DNA of 64,000 nt from Tubiluchus corallicola (GCA_030141605.1 JAQGDQ010000047.1:806001-870000); one strand, 5' to 3'; shown: positions 24,331-39,360, counted from the first letter of the stretch. Notes: generated from the sequence alone by a model not told the origin. A program made the numbers and translations.

Positions 24331-27300
24331 AAAGCAGCTTTCTATTTCAATTTTCAATTTTTTAATTGTCAATGTGATGCTTTTCCCTCGTCTGTATATC
24401 TCATTTTATTGCAGCCCAGCATTCTGGTCGCCAGGTAACAATGTTTAATTTTTCACATCAAACCTTGATAACGCGCACATATCCTTGAACGAATCGAATT
24501 TATTAACTACTATTCGTTCTTGAAGTCGGGTACGTATAACAGTGATACATTTTCTAGAATAAGTGACACATTACTCGTTTTTCGTGTTTTTCTCGTACGT
24601 TTATAATTATTTTTTACGGTAGCGGCTATCAGCCAGCATTTGTGAGGCAAAAGCTAGGGAGGCGACTGCGATATGTGTATTAGTTTAATCATTTATTTCA
24701 CCTCTAAGTTCATACGTGTAGATTATACATACTACAATTAGCAGTACAACTCATCAAATAGTAAACAAGTTACCGTTTGAAAGGAATATGCAAAAATGCC
24801 GTCAAGATACCAACAGGTTAGAATATTATAATTTCTTAACAATGTTTGCTATAAAAAGATTTAATATCGTAATGCAAATACTAAACTAGCTGGTTGGATA
24901 CTGACTCTTTAGTTGGCTGGATACTGACTGATTATTTTCCTTGTTGCTTAGCTAACTAATTTAACCAGGGCGGCAATAATTAATTGATTGACTGACTCGG
25001 ATGACAGATTGATCGTTCTGTCAGTTTCAATTCTAAGTATTCATTGTACTAAGTGTATATTAAAGCATAAAATCATAAATAAATAAATCGTTTTCATGGC
25101 AATCTTTGAAGTTTTATTTTTGCACCTGCAACATCAACAAAAACAACAATGTAATATCTTTATCTTTCTCATGTGCGCTTTCCAGGGCACTGTGCATACT
25201 CACTTTTTCTCCCAGCTTTTTTGCTAGTAAGCTGCTTCCACAAGAATTCCTCATGTCGAAAATAAACCCACTTGGCAAGCCGAAGATTAGCGTACCAACT
25301 TAACTCTACATGAGCACCAGAACTTCTCTGAAAAACGACTAATGGCAACTTTATACAGCTGTTGTTCGAAGATATGTCTCTGTTTTTCTATGATGCCTTT
25401 TTGGTGCCCGTCACACTTGTGTAAATATGGATGAATTGAATATTTGATTGGGATTATTGGGACAAATGTGCGAGACTGTGACCTTTAGATAGATTTAATT
25501 GCATTCTGTTTTAGAGCTCATGTAAGGCGATTAGGCTTAAGACTATACAAGAAACTGGAAGATTAAACCGTCACGGAAGCGGTATAACTAACAGACAGAT
25601 ATCATTACCGCACTAGATTGGGAACAAATAGGAAGTACGAATTATGTCAGAAGCAATAAATAGATATAGCTTAATAGAATGGGAGATATACTAAATGTAG
25701 ATTAGTGATAACTTGGAGGTATAAAAAAGAACCACAGTTTGAATAAAGACTGGTTATAAGAATCAGCATATCAGAAACATACTTTAATAAATCAGAGAAA
25801 TAAATAAGTCTCACAATTACAAATCGCAACAGATATTCCTTACTTGACTATTATCATGTAAGTAACCTACGAAGTTATTTTTATTTTCAATGACAGAATT
25901 GCTAGCTTTGGTTTTGAGCAGTTTTTATTTAAGCTCCAATCCAGTGCATAAAATCGCACAGGGGTGCCAAAGCACGAAAGTAAGAGTGATTAAGTTTATG
26001 ATGATAGCTAAGATTGCTACATCTGCAATTTGATGCAAAATAAAAAAGTGTACTCTGAAAAGAAACCAAATTCCTTCAACTTGTTTTTACTTTTCTAAAC
26101 TTATTTATTTACAACTAGTTACAAATTATGTATGTGTTTGTCAGACAGTATTAATGCATTAAACCACTCTCAGTGAAGTATTGTGAGTGATTCTGGTGCT
26201 TTTTTAATTATTTTGCTGTTTAATTAGTCTTGATATGTAATGATGAAATCTCAACGATAATATAATTCTTTACCAACTGCAGAACTAATGGTTGCAACTG
26301 AGGCAAAATGCCCTGCAAACACTACATGCAGACCAGAATAGTGGTAATCCTGCATGGGCTTCGCAGAAGCTCACAAATTATTCAGAGAGTGCAAATGGGC
26401 GTAAAGTGTTTTGGATGGCGCGAACTAATCGCTAACCTACTGGACTATCTTGTTACTATTGCAACAAGCATCCCAGCGCCGTCACTGTTTTCGTATACAA
26501 ATAACTTGTTGCCCAAAATACATCGCCATGTAGTCAAAGATAACAATGAAGAGAAATCCACGAAAGATCTATTTTATTTGGCTCGCGTCGTTAACACTGT
26601 AACCTCGAGCTTTCTTTGTTTTTCAAGGGTGTCGAAGTGCAAACAATTTATTAGGATTCATTGGTCCCCTGAATGCAACACAGTTTCTAGAAAGAGCAAA
26701 GCACATTTACTGTTATTAACAGTTTCTGCATCTTTCCATAAAGCTTTTTCAGTCTTAAGTTTATCTTTAATGCGGCGACGCCAGAGCTTACACAATTTAA
26801 TTCACGTGCTCGCCAGAGAGCTGTGAAAGTTTGCAGAGCTTGAGTATGTTCCTTCTTGCATCGCCTGTTTCGTGGACACAAAACAAAATTCTTCTTCTGA
26901 CGTCATTGTTTCGAAAACAGAGAAGCTCAAAGGATCAATCAGATGCGCAAAGCATCATTTTGAATTATTGCAATTGGATTTATGTTGTCATCACATTGTA
27001 ACATTGTTCCCGAGCTCTTTGCCAGCACGTCATAGTTACAGGGCCAACACACTGTAACTTATTTCGTTACATTCAGTTACAAATTGACTGTTCATCAGCA
27101 GATTAATTTTAATGAATTATCAGTAAATTACATTATTAAGCATATCACTGTCTTCGTTTGTTAATAGTAAAGCGTTAGAATATCGAGGCAGCATCAACAA
27201 TGTCCGCCTCAACATTAATCCAACTTCAAAATAAGAACAACTAATATAACGAGATCTTGCACGTGTTCACTAAAGACTTGGATACTAGTACGTCTAATTT

Positions 27301-27671
27301 TTATTCGGCTTTGAAATGTAATGTCCATTTCAAATCACATCGAAATTTTCTTTCTTACAAGTAATTCTACTTTTGAAGTCTCAGCTGTTAACGTCTAGTT
27401 TGAATGTGGCTAAAATCCAACATGATCAAAAATCGGCATGATCACACGAAACCGGATCACAAATATGGCCTCGTTATCATTTAAAGAAGACTGACGGCGG
27501 ACTTGGATGCATTGTAAACCGCCTTGTTATTTTCTGGCGCTTTGATAAATCGTGGTTAAGACAGGCTTTGAAATCAGAAAATCCTTTAGGCAGTTTTACA
27601 GATGCTTTCGACTAGGTGGATAATCAAAACGTATCAACGCTCAGAGCATCGTTTTAATTTGATATGAGGAT

Positions 27672-27980
27672 TATAGTTATCATTCCAACCTGTGCTTTGA
27701 GAAAAATTACATGAGGTGTTCGTTTTGGTTGCTATTTTCAATGCACGTTATATAATAAAATTATTAAAGCTCATCAGCATTTCTCAGGTGTGAACGTTTC
27801 GCTCCCCATTCTTTTACCATCTAAGGAAGTTACCAATTCACATAATCATCAATTAGCTATCGTTACAACCACCAGACATCTACCAAGTCAATGGCTTGTA
27901 GTTACATGTTCGCCCAAATCTGCCACAAAACCACTGTCGTATTTCTTGTGATTAGAAAAACTTTAGTTATCCGTACTATG
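27672..27980 (+). repeat. ~300-bp direct repeat, copy 1
   Basis: Aligns end to end with 28971-29264 (TATAGTTATCATTCCAAC ... CTTTAGTTATCCGTACTA). Confidence 0.9.
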
Positions 27981-28970
27981 TTTCATTTTTGATAAAAATA
28001 AATGAATTTATATAAAATATAAATAAATAATGCTAGAATTAAATGAATCATGTACAAATGTTCGAAATATTAGTTTAGTTTTCAGACCTATTAGGGAAGC
28101 TTACCGTATATGAAATATTTAATGACGTCACTACGTAAAAGTCATTGTTTTGTAATATGAGTGCCATGAGCATTCTTCTGCATAGTAATAATTAGCACTA
28201 TGCACAAGACGAAATCTAATATATCTAATATAATCTGCATCCCACGAGACTCCTCTGTTTGTCCTGATAATGCAGACAATTGCACGAACTCAATAACGCT
28301 GATAATAAATGCGTCTCTTCGAGTTTGCTCTTGCCAGTAAAAACTTTTTTGATTAATTTATCTATAATACATCACGGGGTTGGCAAATGACTAGGCGAAC
28401 AGTTTGTGGCTTCGATAAAGACGTGCAGAGCAAAACTGTTTTATTGATCCAGAGCTCCAGCTATGGGATGCCTTCATTCCCATTTTGAATGTAACATTTT
28501 CGGTGCACGCACTTGCTTTTCCAGCGAGCTCTTTTACATAGGCTGAATTTAAATTGTCAATCTATCGAGCTTGAAAAATAACAAGGGTTTAATTATGGTT
28601 TACCGCATGGTTCGGACGGCCTTCGCTGTTCGGTGACACGCGCCTGTTTTAAGTTTAGAATTTGTCGGATGTACAGGCATGTTTTTGTAATTTCAAAATG
28701 CTGTACGATGTTGTTTTACAAGAGCTTACACAGCTCAGGCTGAGGCCTCCAGGATTACAGTCGAACTTTCACTTCTGTATACCGAGGTGGCGTCATCAAC
28801 GGTTACTTCACCTTTACGAGGCCACGAATTTTTTGCGACAATCAAAAATTTTCTCTAAGTCGCCAAAAAATTCCGATTGCGTTTTCTGGCAAATCATTCG
28901 TGTGAAGTTCACATTTTTGCGAATCTCGAGCTTTTTTCTCGAGCGAAAATCGTGAGAATGTCGAACGAAC

Positions 28971-29264
28971 TATAGTTATCATTCCAACTTGTGCTTTGAA
29001 AAAATTACATGAGGTGTTTGTTTTAGTTGGTATTTTCAATGCAAGTTTTACAATAAAATCGCTAAAAGTCACCAGCATTTCTCAAGTGTGAACGTATCGC
29101 ATTCCATTCTTTTTCCATCCAAAGAAGTTTCCAATTCACATAATCATCAATTAGTTATCGTTACTTCCACCAGACACTGTAGTTATATGTTCGCCCAAAT
29201 CTACCACAAAACCACTGTCGTATTTCTTGTGATTAGAAAAACTTTAGTTATCCGTACTACTATG
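28971..29264 (+). repeat. ~300-bp direct repeat, copy 2
   Basis: Same sequence as copy 1 with scattered substitutions and an ~18-bp deletion (lacks TCTACCAAGTCAATGGCT). Confidence 0.9.
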
Positions 29265-29769
29265 CTTCACACAACATGTTTTTGTTTTTATTTTAGATTT
29301 AAGTCAATATATTAAGTACTATATAAAAGCAAATGTGTGATGCAGATGATAAAACTATATGCACAAAATAAAAAACTGTACAAGAGGAGCATAGGTTAGT
29401 TTGAAATAATAAATAAAGAGGTTAGTAATGAGTTCCAATATCGGAAGTACAATGACATATCGAATATTTGTATCAGCTGTGCTACATAAAATCACATTGC
29501 TGCTATTTAAAATTCTATTTCTTAGGCTAACATGTATGGAGTAGGACCTTAAAGTGATAAATACGATTGTCATGCGTACCGTATTCATAATTAAAGAAAC
29601 TTTTAGAGGGCAATATTGTACGATGCGCGAAGTTTTACTAGATTGTCGTCTTTGCACAACGGCTAGAGATTACTGCAATAAAAAGCAGAACAATAAGATC
29701 TAAACAAAAAAGATCTAAATAAAACATATTTGCTCTCACATAAAACAAACGTAACTGATTAGGCGAAAT

Positions 29770-30185
29770 GCCATTTATTTTCGACTCACCCTCTACATTG
29801 TGGTGGTCTCTCCAACGCCACGAAGCCATTGCATAGTGGCGTTGAATACCAGGTATAAAATTATCGCTACGGAATGGCCTCGTCGGTTCCGTGGGCTGAC
29901 GGGTAGGTACGTTTTCAACCTCAGTACCTGCTCCGTAATGATAACCGGCATGGAGCATAATGGATTAGATATTTGGCGAGTAACTTGATTCTATGATTTC
30001 ACGTTTACTACTGTTTTTTTACGTTTTCTTCACAAGTACCCCGTGAACTAGCGTATAAGCACCATCTGCTCAGCATTACACTGCTGACCAGTACGGGGCA
30101 ACAGTGTTAAGCTGCACCCAGCGGATTCGAAACCGCAATCTTAGATCAGCATTGGCACAGCACCTAACCGTCGCCATGGCATGGA
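29770..30185 (-). mobile_element. tRNA-derived SINE (degenerate)
   Basis: On the minus strand: A-box-like TGGCGACGGTTAG (30176-30164) and B-box-like GGTTTCGAATCC (30134-30123) at tRNA-like spacing, a GC-richer body, and AATAAA near 29775. The 3' boundary is uncertain. Confidence 0.6.
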
Positions 30186-33100
30186 ACCGCCGGAACCACT
30201 GTACAGTAGTCTGTTCTTTCATCGTTCCCGGTAGCTGTAGCCTGTGTGGGTTTCAAAAAACCGGAGTTCTCGGAAGTCCTCATTAACAGGTACGTTGAAG
30301 GTTAATACGTGCCCTTTTATTACTTCGTGAATTGCTTGCGAGGATGCAGTGCTTGTATGCTGTAAGTATTAAAACAAGTGCATGGTACAAAGTGTGGTCT
30401 GTACTTGCTGTAGCAGCACCTGGACTGCTTTTAAATTGATTGAATCTTGGATCTTGGGAAAAGTTACGGCGATGTGTAGACGTATCGTGAGGACCAGTTC
30501 CGCAGTCACTTAGTACCTCACGCTGTACTCACTTGGTTTGACGATGTCGGCAGTATGGACGTCATAGCCACAATTCGCGGGGTTCGTACATTTGAGTAGC
30601 TACGTGAAGGGACGCATAGAGCTTCCCGATCTACTATAATCTGCAAGAGGAGGAACAACGGTGCTACGTTGGTTGGTGCAGTCACCTTTTATGGCAAGCT
30701 GAACCCAGAGGTTTTCCATATTGAAGACCGCTGCTGAATCCGGCGCGCGTTATTTGGGTTCTAGGACGAAGCATCTCTGTGCTTCATTTGGATCAAGCGT
30801 AACTAAACGTGAATGGATCAAATATAGTTTTATGTGTAGTTTACAATTCTTAAAATTCTTAAAAGCGTCGCCCTTCAGACAACGGCGAACACTGCGAATG
30901 TTTTGCGACTGTGTAACCTAGATTACGTCTTTCGATTGCGCACCATTATTATAAAATCTGTACCTCTAATAGGGCAACTTATATCGAATTTTATTAGATA
31001 ACAGTACGTGGCTTCAGAGAATGCATGGGTCAAATTTTGGTATATTCGATATTCCAAGTTCGTTATAATGACTTTTATAACTATAGCATGATAATAAATC
31101 GTTCCTTATTGATTACAGATTCGTATAACGAAAAAGTCTTCTGGTGTCACCTGGGAGTGAGATCGTTAACTGTGTTTTTGATCATAAATATGTGTAGTAT
31201 AGGTATTTGTAGAAGAATAATTTGCTTTTGCAGGCGAAGTTCCACAGATGAGTTTGGGATTTTCCGTATGGTTCTTCACACTCACATATATAACCGCTTA
31301 ACTCGGTAGTGTTTTCTATATTTAAAAGTAGAAAAATGACGCAAAATTTGAGAAGACAAAAACTAGATCTTATTTTCTGTTATATTTACCGTAGCATATT
31401 TACAAATTTTATAAAAACTTTCGTGTAAAATTGGTTTAGGTTAAACTTTATTTATTTATAGTGGATTCACAAAACAGACGCGTCTGATACAGGTATCTCC
31501 CCGGTGCAAGTGCCGAGTGATTCGATTAGATATAACAATTGACTCGATTACAATCAGCAGATGGTTACTAAACTTAAATACATGAACAGTAGATTCATAA
31601 TATTTTAATTACGGTAGTAATAATAAGAATACATTTACAAGTTAAGTTAGCTGGTCATCTAACAGTAAATTGTATTGTATTGTAAAGCGACAATGGACAA
31701 GTATGATTGATGTCCAGTTTTGCATTTTTGGAATATGTTTCTGTTTTATAATGCCGTTCTTTTAAAATTAATTTTGCCGAGGCTTTTATTTACGAGCAAA
31801 GACTAGCTGTACCGTCACTGTGTGTGCTAGCGACTGCAGTTAAGCAATAGTGAGTCTGCTCAGTAAGTTGGCCAGTAATCCTATGAGAAATTGCCTTTGG
31901 GTAGCTTTATCTGCTATTTGTCTTGCGTTCAGTGTCACACCTAAGAAGATTATTCTTGATAACGAGATAAGTATTTGCAGAGTGCCAAAAAGATGGGAAA
32001 AAAGAAAAATGGCCTTGATTGAACGTAAGGTAGATAGTTATGGCATTATCAGTTTAGACTGTCGTTATCGTTCGGAAAGGCGGTAGTCACCTTGAACGCA
32101 TTGTAGTCACCTTGAAGCAGAAATCGCTGGTTAACATCCCTCGTTCAGACTGCGTTCGAACTTTTTTACGTTTCCTATTTTTCAAGCTTGGTTTCAAAAT
32201 TCAATGAATTGTGGGTTCCTTATATCGTTATTAATAATCTAGATATTAAGATTATAAATTTTTAATTTATCAACGTAAATGTTGTACGTTGCGTTTCGTG
32301 CATGTGTCTTCGATGTGTTGTCTTCTTTCAAGAAATTAAGGGATTTGTATTTGTGTGGGGTTTTACAGGCGTTTTAAGTTAAAATATTTTATCTGTCTTT
32401 GCGTCTGAAAGTCTTTCGCGAAATAGGTGCAATTAAATGGCCTTTGTACGTTTCGCGTTGTCTGCGAAGCATTTGCTGGAACACATTTCCTTTCTTCGAT
32501 CAAATCTCAAACTTGCTTTTAGGCTGAGTGCTTTCAATGTAGTATAGCTATTCATTTGGACGTCTCATCTATGAGTTTCTTTAAATAGTTTATTAGAAAA
32601 GAAGCAAAGCGGCAACCACGCCGTGTTGGCTTCTTCCATGTAGCCGCTTAGGTGCTACTGGGTGCATTTTATGTGTTTGTTTATTGGATTTTAAGTCAAC
32701 AGCCATTATTTGAGCTAGTTACTATGGAAGGCATGAGCGTAAATCTGCGTTGGTTTATTTACACAACTTTGCTGCAGACTGCTGTCATCTTCAACTGATT
32801 TATTGGCCACATAAGATCAAGAGTGTTTATTTTCAACTTCACACATTGATGCTTTACCGAGCATTTTCCACTTTCCACCTGTTAGACAACTTTATAAACG
32901 AAACATTAGACTTGCCTGAAGAGACGATCAGAATTGTCAGTGTGTATTATGCAGCCGAATTTATGCTCTCTCTTTTGCTATTGTAAGCAAGTAAAGCCTT
33001 TTGATGTTTTGAGGCCACCGGTAAGATTGCAAATAATCAGACATACGGAGGAAATACACTTAAAACGCATGAAGTGCTAGGATAAAATAGTTGTAATATA

Positions 33101-36100
33101 ACAAGCTTTGAAGTCTAACGTGGAACTGTAATAATAGGCTTATAGTCGTAGCTATAATTAAACGAGTTCCATGATAGCGTCTTGGAAGCTATCTTACAAT
33201 TTGCACGTTCTGTAAGAAATCTAGGTTGCCAGAACCATGCAAATACTAGTAATTTTATTTGTTCTTATCTGCAGTAGTCTACAAATCTACCATAAACACT
33301 GTTCTGATTTCAGTTGTCCTACGCCGTTGTAAGTCTAATTTCTTCAAAAGTCTTTCCCAAAAATGATATTGATATTTGCCACCAAGTGCTATTATTACTG
33401 TGAATTCCGTCGTAGTCTCATGCGCTGTGGACACAGGGCTATAGCATGCTTCCAGCGCTACAGTCCAGGTAAGAAAAAAGTATTAGCAGTACACATAAAT
33501 GTTATCACTGCACATCTCTCGGTCATTTTTAAAGCCTTCCATGCTGTTGTGACGGGGCATAATGTCTTATATTGAGTAGCAAAGTAATGATACTTGAACT
33601 TGAACTTGTGTATAATTGATTTCAGGCTTCAATTAATAATTCACTCAAGCTCGAAACATGATTTGTCATCTTCGCAAAGTCTTACAATCGAAACCGCGAT
33701 GGCAGAAAGCCAGAAAAACCTCACGTTCTTCGTCGAACACAGTTTTTTTACAATATTATTAGAACAGTGTTTTCATAATTTAACGGTTTAGTTACTGTAC
33801 AACAATTTTAAAAAAATAATAAAAATTAAATGCAATTGAAATCTCCGTATTAGTCCCAAATACTGAATGACTTGCTTAGCAATTGCCTGGGTTTTTATTG
33901 CAAGAGGGAAAAGTTACAGATAAAAACGCTAAATAAATTTATATGACCTGGCTATATTGCAAAGACCATAAAAATTGAATAATACACTTGTTAGGGGGTA
34001 AGAGAAAAAAGGTCATGTCAATCAGATACTAAAAATCGTTGAGGAAACTAAAGGCAATGAAAAAATTACTGAGATAAAATTATTAGAAAGTTTGTAACTA
34101 TCAAATAACCTGCTATAATATAGCAGATCTATTCACAAGAAAAGTGATACATTCATTCAAGTAACTGGAATTCCGGCAGAATAAGAAGCTACAACTAAGG
34201 GAAACAAGTTAAGTGCACTTAGTTGCAGCAGTGGGCTATATGACGCTTTGACAAGTATACATTTGTAATGCAATGCACAATTGCGAATTGCAATCATCTT
34301 TCAACTTTTCCCCTAATATTGTTGACACACGTCTAGGCCGTTTTTCTCATGTCCGTAAATCCTATACATTGTACCAGCATGAAAACGTGCTATTTTCATC
34401 CGGGCTTACGGAACGTGTATACTTATAATTTCTATATGCGTGCTTCTATTCCATCAAACTAATCCATTCTCTACCATTACATGACCTCATTTGACAGGGG
34501 AGAATTAATTAACGCTATAGATGTTCCAGTCCACTTCATCGCGTCATTACAATTGATTTTAAACCGCGTAGTAGGCCGTTCGACTTTCGCGCAAAAATTA
34601 CTGTCAGTAATTAATCAGTTGGAGACAGCGTCGAGATACTAAATCTTGAAAAATGTCCATTTCGGTAAACTTATTCATTGGAGCTACATACTGCTGATAT
34701 TCTTATTCGCCAGTCATTAAATGATTCGCTTATATGGGGAACAGTTTATAATGCGCCATCTTAGATGTCACCACATAATGAACAAAATATACTGATAGTA
34801 GCTTCATAATTAATTTACAAGTTCGTACCATATACTAAAATTGTGTTGAACTAATTCAAGCTGATGTGGCTTTAAAACATAACCCTGATACAATTTTAAT
34901 TCTAAGAAACGAGGAAAAATTCCTACATTTCAAACTACTGCTGTACTTTTTTATGTTTTTATTAGCTGAGCTTTGTATTTTTTCTACGTGATTGTTTTCT
35001 TTTTTAAAGGTAAAAACTCCATATGTTAGCAGTAAAAATAACTTACCCAAAAATTAGTATATTTGTAATTTCATGTGATCCTTTTCCCTTTTTCTTTCTT
35101 ATGCTTTCACCTGAAGTTTACCACAACGATAGTTTGAAACGCCATTTTTCTTCGTTTCTTAATTGCGGGATTTTTTTCATTTTTAAAGGTTTTTTTGGCT
35201 TGAGAGGTATACTGATGTTATCTATGTTAGCAACTTCTCTAGCGAAGTTTTTCCTGTCTGTGTCGAATCTTTTGAGTACTTTTTTGGTTAATGCTGCGGC
35301 AGATTACGCTTACAGAAATTACTTATAATCGGATTGATATGATTTATTCGGTTAATGCACAGAAACTGCAACAAGCTAGAATTTTTCGATAGTGTCCTTT
35401 CCCATATCTGGCTTAGACGCACTTTTGGTTAGGCTTAAAGAAAGCTTGTCAACGATGAACTCAAGCAATCAATTTTAATTAATAAACTTTGTACTGCGTG
35501 TTTGCCAGGTTTAATAAGAGTATTCGGTAAAGTTATAGTTTTGATTATGTGTCTAGCACAAGCGTCTGTATTTTGGCTCATACAAGATCATTCAGATTAT
35601 GATTTGGTAATGTGAATAGCAATAGTCGACTTTTACTAAGTCGCACTGCTTGCCATATTCTGTGGAGCGGATACGCTTGATTATGAGTTCGCGATGTTCG
35701 CGTGACAGCGTCGAACCTGGTTGCTAATTGGATGCAAGCAACAGGGAAAACGGCTAGTAAGTTCTGCTATTATGCCTCCAACTATTTCTGTTTTTAAGGG
35801 AGGAATTCCCCTCTCCCAGTTCAAAGTTTCATCTTACAGGATCATCTTTGGCAATTCCACTAGCAGACTGTGCTGTCGAGTGCCGGAGTATTGTTTTGTA
35901 CTTGTACTCTTTAACTAACAAAAAAGATTTCTAGCCGTAATAATTGTGTGTTTATCTCATTGACGTGCATCATTGGCGTTTTGCACTGGTGTCCCATAAC
36001 AGTATTATGCCGAAGACACGTTCGTCTGCTGGCTGAAAATGTTGGAAACCCCAAAAAACACGTTTTTGGAGTGAAGAAGAGTAATCAAGTAGTTATTTGT

Positions 36101-37374
36101 AATGCATACACAAATAATCAATATAAACCTAGATATAAATCTAAATATCTAGATAAATTTGCTTATTTGTGCAATATTAAAAAAGTGCAAAATTTTTATA
36201 AGTGATAAGAAGTCAATTTTTGCTGAAACCCGTCGACCTTTGATTGAGTGATTGAACTTAATTACTTGAAAATGTAAGACGAAAATCAAAAACGAAGCAA
36301 TGGCGAAGAGAACAAACCATGAAAGTAATTAACGAAATTAGTTGAACGAGTTTATCTTGCATTATAGGCGTGTTGGGGATAATAAATGCATCCATGACTT
36401 CTCTTAGCAGCTTAGCTCAAAAGTTAACTGTTAAGATCGACTATAGTACTAATGTTAATTAGGCGACTATAAAATTTAGAATCAATAGTCGAGTATAGGT
36501 ATAATTAATTGGGTGAGCCGTCTTATGCTATGCTACAATAAAAGCCATTCAATATTTACGAAAGTTGAGACTACTCAAAAATAGTCTTTTGTTGATTTAT
36601 AAGCTCAATGGCTGAATGAGATTACATAATATTGGTGCAGGGTGCAATTAGCCTAGTTCACGAAACAACGCGAACTAATTAATAATATTGATGGTTTAAT
36701 ATACATTAATGTTACAGCGCGTAAGATGCATTATGTTAATACCATGCATATATTTAATAATTCATGATGTGCGTATCCATATGTTATCTTTAATGTCATC
36801 GCCATTGGACAGAGACATTAACGCTGCTCTCATAGATAATATTTCAATAAGAAACTCTTATGGATTAAGCCATTTTATTACGGGCAAATAACTTTTACCT
36901 GGTGTCAATTATTTCAGGCTAAGGGTAGCTGTGGCAGCGCTCTAACATGCCAGCTTTTTAAGATTTCTATCCTTGTAATTATAATGCGGCAAATTTTAGA
37001 AACTTTTCTTCTACTTTTCGTCAATAAATACTTTAAAAGTGAACATGGTATACACGCAAGTTTTTTTATTGTATGTATCCGTGCCGGTGGCCTTTTTGTA
37101 GCACATGTGATATTGCTTTACTGACGGTGCGGTCGTTACGGTTTGCATTTTATTATCGTAGATGTAGATCTTATAAACTAACTTCAAACAGAGGAACGCT
37201 GAAATTAAACAGGCCACAAGATTGCCATTTCTGCTCCTGCTCCTGAAGACCCTGTATCTAAATTTATCCTAATGACATATCTTCTGGCTTAGCGTTTGTT
37301 TTCGAAATTCTAAATGTACTAAATATTAACACCAGTAACTATAGCTATAAAAAAATAAATGTTTCGTGTAGCTT

Positions 37375-37625
37375 GCATCATGGTCATCATATTCATCGTC
37401 ATCATCATTACGATCACCGCCAGCAGCAATATAAATATCATCACTATCGTCACCATCACCAGCACCAGCACCACCAATACCACCACCACCATCACCTGCA
37501 CCACCGCCAACACACCAACACCAACACCACTACCACTACCACCACCAACACAAGCTTCAGCACCACCACTACCACCACCACCACCACCAACATCAGTATC
37601 ATCATCGACGTCGTCATCATCATCA
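37375..37625. repeat. Compound (ATC)n/(ACC)n trinucleotide tract
   Basis: Directly visible; explains the His/Thr/Pro/Val-rich ORFs. It ends about 60 nt before exon 2. Confidence 0.95.
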
Positions 37626-37684
37626 CTATTCGGGCAGCAAGAAGCGTGCACAACCAATTAAACAAATATTTTTTTTGCTTCCAG

Positions 37685-37781
37685 GAAAATGAACGATCCC
37701 TTTTTGAACAGTGTATGTTTGGATGTCTACAATCAAGAGCAGGAACAAACAACGGAAATTTTTATGTAGAAGATGAAAGAG
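37685..37781 (+). CDS. Gene B exon 2: second Cys-box motif (CxxGC)
   Basis: TTTTTTTGCTTCCAG| ENERSLFEQCMFGCLQSRAGTNNGNFYVEDER(E); 97 nt, phase 0-1; donor GAG|GCAAGT (GC). Only this donor keeps frame with exon 3. Confidence 0.82.
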
Positions 37782-39354
37782 GCAAGTAATTTGAATCGTA
37801 ACGCCTTTGTTTGACTTATTGTTATAAGTATAAGATTGATAATCTTAAATAGTATAAGGTGATAATGAAAACAAATAATAAATATTCTACTAAAATATGT
37901 TTTTCTAAATGCAAATTTTCGTTTGCTTTGCGCTTCCATCTTCGGTCATTTCTCTGATTAAAAACCATTTGATTGATTTCAGTTTTTAGCCCTTGCATGC
38001 TTTATTATATCACTGGTTACGAGGCTAGATAACAGAATACCGTAACGTTACAAAAATGAGCATAAAACCAAATCAAGAAAGGTGTTCATTGGTGAAGATG
38101 GGTTTAGTTACACAGAAACTGCGTTATTCGTCTGATTTACATGCTTTACCATTTTGTAGCAGCTGGACATATAAACAAAATTCATTTTCAGAGATGATAC
38201 GCATAATCTGTACATAGGTATCGATTACTATATCAGAGTTTTTTAATTGTAACACATTTGGCGAGGACAGAAATAAAATATATAAATTTATGAAGTAGGT
38301 CTAAGTCCAAAATAACCGCCTTTGAATCCCAACGAAAACCTAAACGCAACCCTAACATAAGCCATGATGTATGATTGCAGTCATTTATGGTACATAATTA
38401 TCACGTTCTGACATAATTTCCCGCCTGTCACAAATTTGCTAATTAGTAGAAAGCACAAACAATTTTAATTCAAAATTATTGTTAAATGACTACAACGTTA
38501 AGCTTACAGTGTAAAATTCTGTTTGTGAGGGACACCTAGAAATTTGAAAATACACTGATGACAGGGATTAACGGCACAGAACATTTTCTAACATAAAATT
38601 GCACTCAACCATCAGACTATGTCAGAAAATAATCCTGGATTAAGTAATAAAACTATCCACAACTGGAAATGTTTACATTACAGCATCGATATTAATCAGA
38701 AGCTTGTTGACATTTGATGAGTTTTGCCTCGAAAGTTCTCGCATTGTTGTTTATCGCTTAAACATAAAGTTGTTAATTTTGTTTTGGAAGTAAGCCAGTG
38801 ATCGATAATCATTCTCACCTACGCGTAGACAACGAACTTCTGGCAGAGTTAACAGAAAAATCCCATAAAATGGCTGAAAATCAATACAAATCTGACCACC
38901 AATCTTGCAGACTTGCTAAAAAATTTATCACTTTTCGCGATCACGATGATGGCGGTCACGTCCTTACTGCGAGGCAGTTCGTACAATGTTGGATCCTCCA
39001 CCGCCCGCCCTCTCTTTTTCGTTCTTTCGCGTTCTCTCTTTCTCTGCTAGCTAACTCTTCCGTAAGGTTTCTCTGACCGTGGGGTTTTCCTGTAAGCAAC
39101 AAATCAAAGGTGAGCTTTGTTAATACGGGATCAGCAAAGGCGCTGCTTTAGCAAAAACAAAGAGATCACTACACATGTTTATGAAGTGCAAATTTCACAA
39201 GTATTAATAAAACGAAACAATAACATTAGAAGTGAAAGAGAATCCAATATTATTATGATGAAAGCCTACTGATTGCAAAGACAGTATAAGAAAAACTTTT
39301 ACAAAACAATTTTTCTGTTATCTGTGGTGAAATTCTGTCTTCCTTCTATTTCGT

Positions 39355-39360
39355 CTTGCT

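Noticed and set aside
26308-27057. 172-aa ORF and overlapping ORFs
   Set aside because: No domain motif, no fitting splice sites and stops in the alternative frames. It may be decayed transposon sequence but I cannot identify it.
30123-30185. Possible tRNA gene
   Set aside because: A and B boxes are present but there is no cloverleaf acceptor stem; treated as a SINE head.
37786-37787. Canonical GT donor for exon 2 (and the equivalent at 49084 for exon 7)
   Set aside because: It gives phase 2, which is out of frame with the next FN3 or Cys exon; the GC site 4 nt upstream fits.
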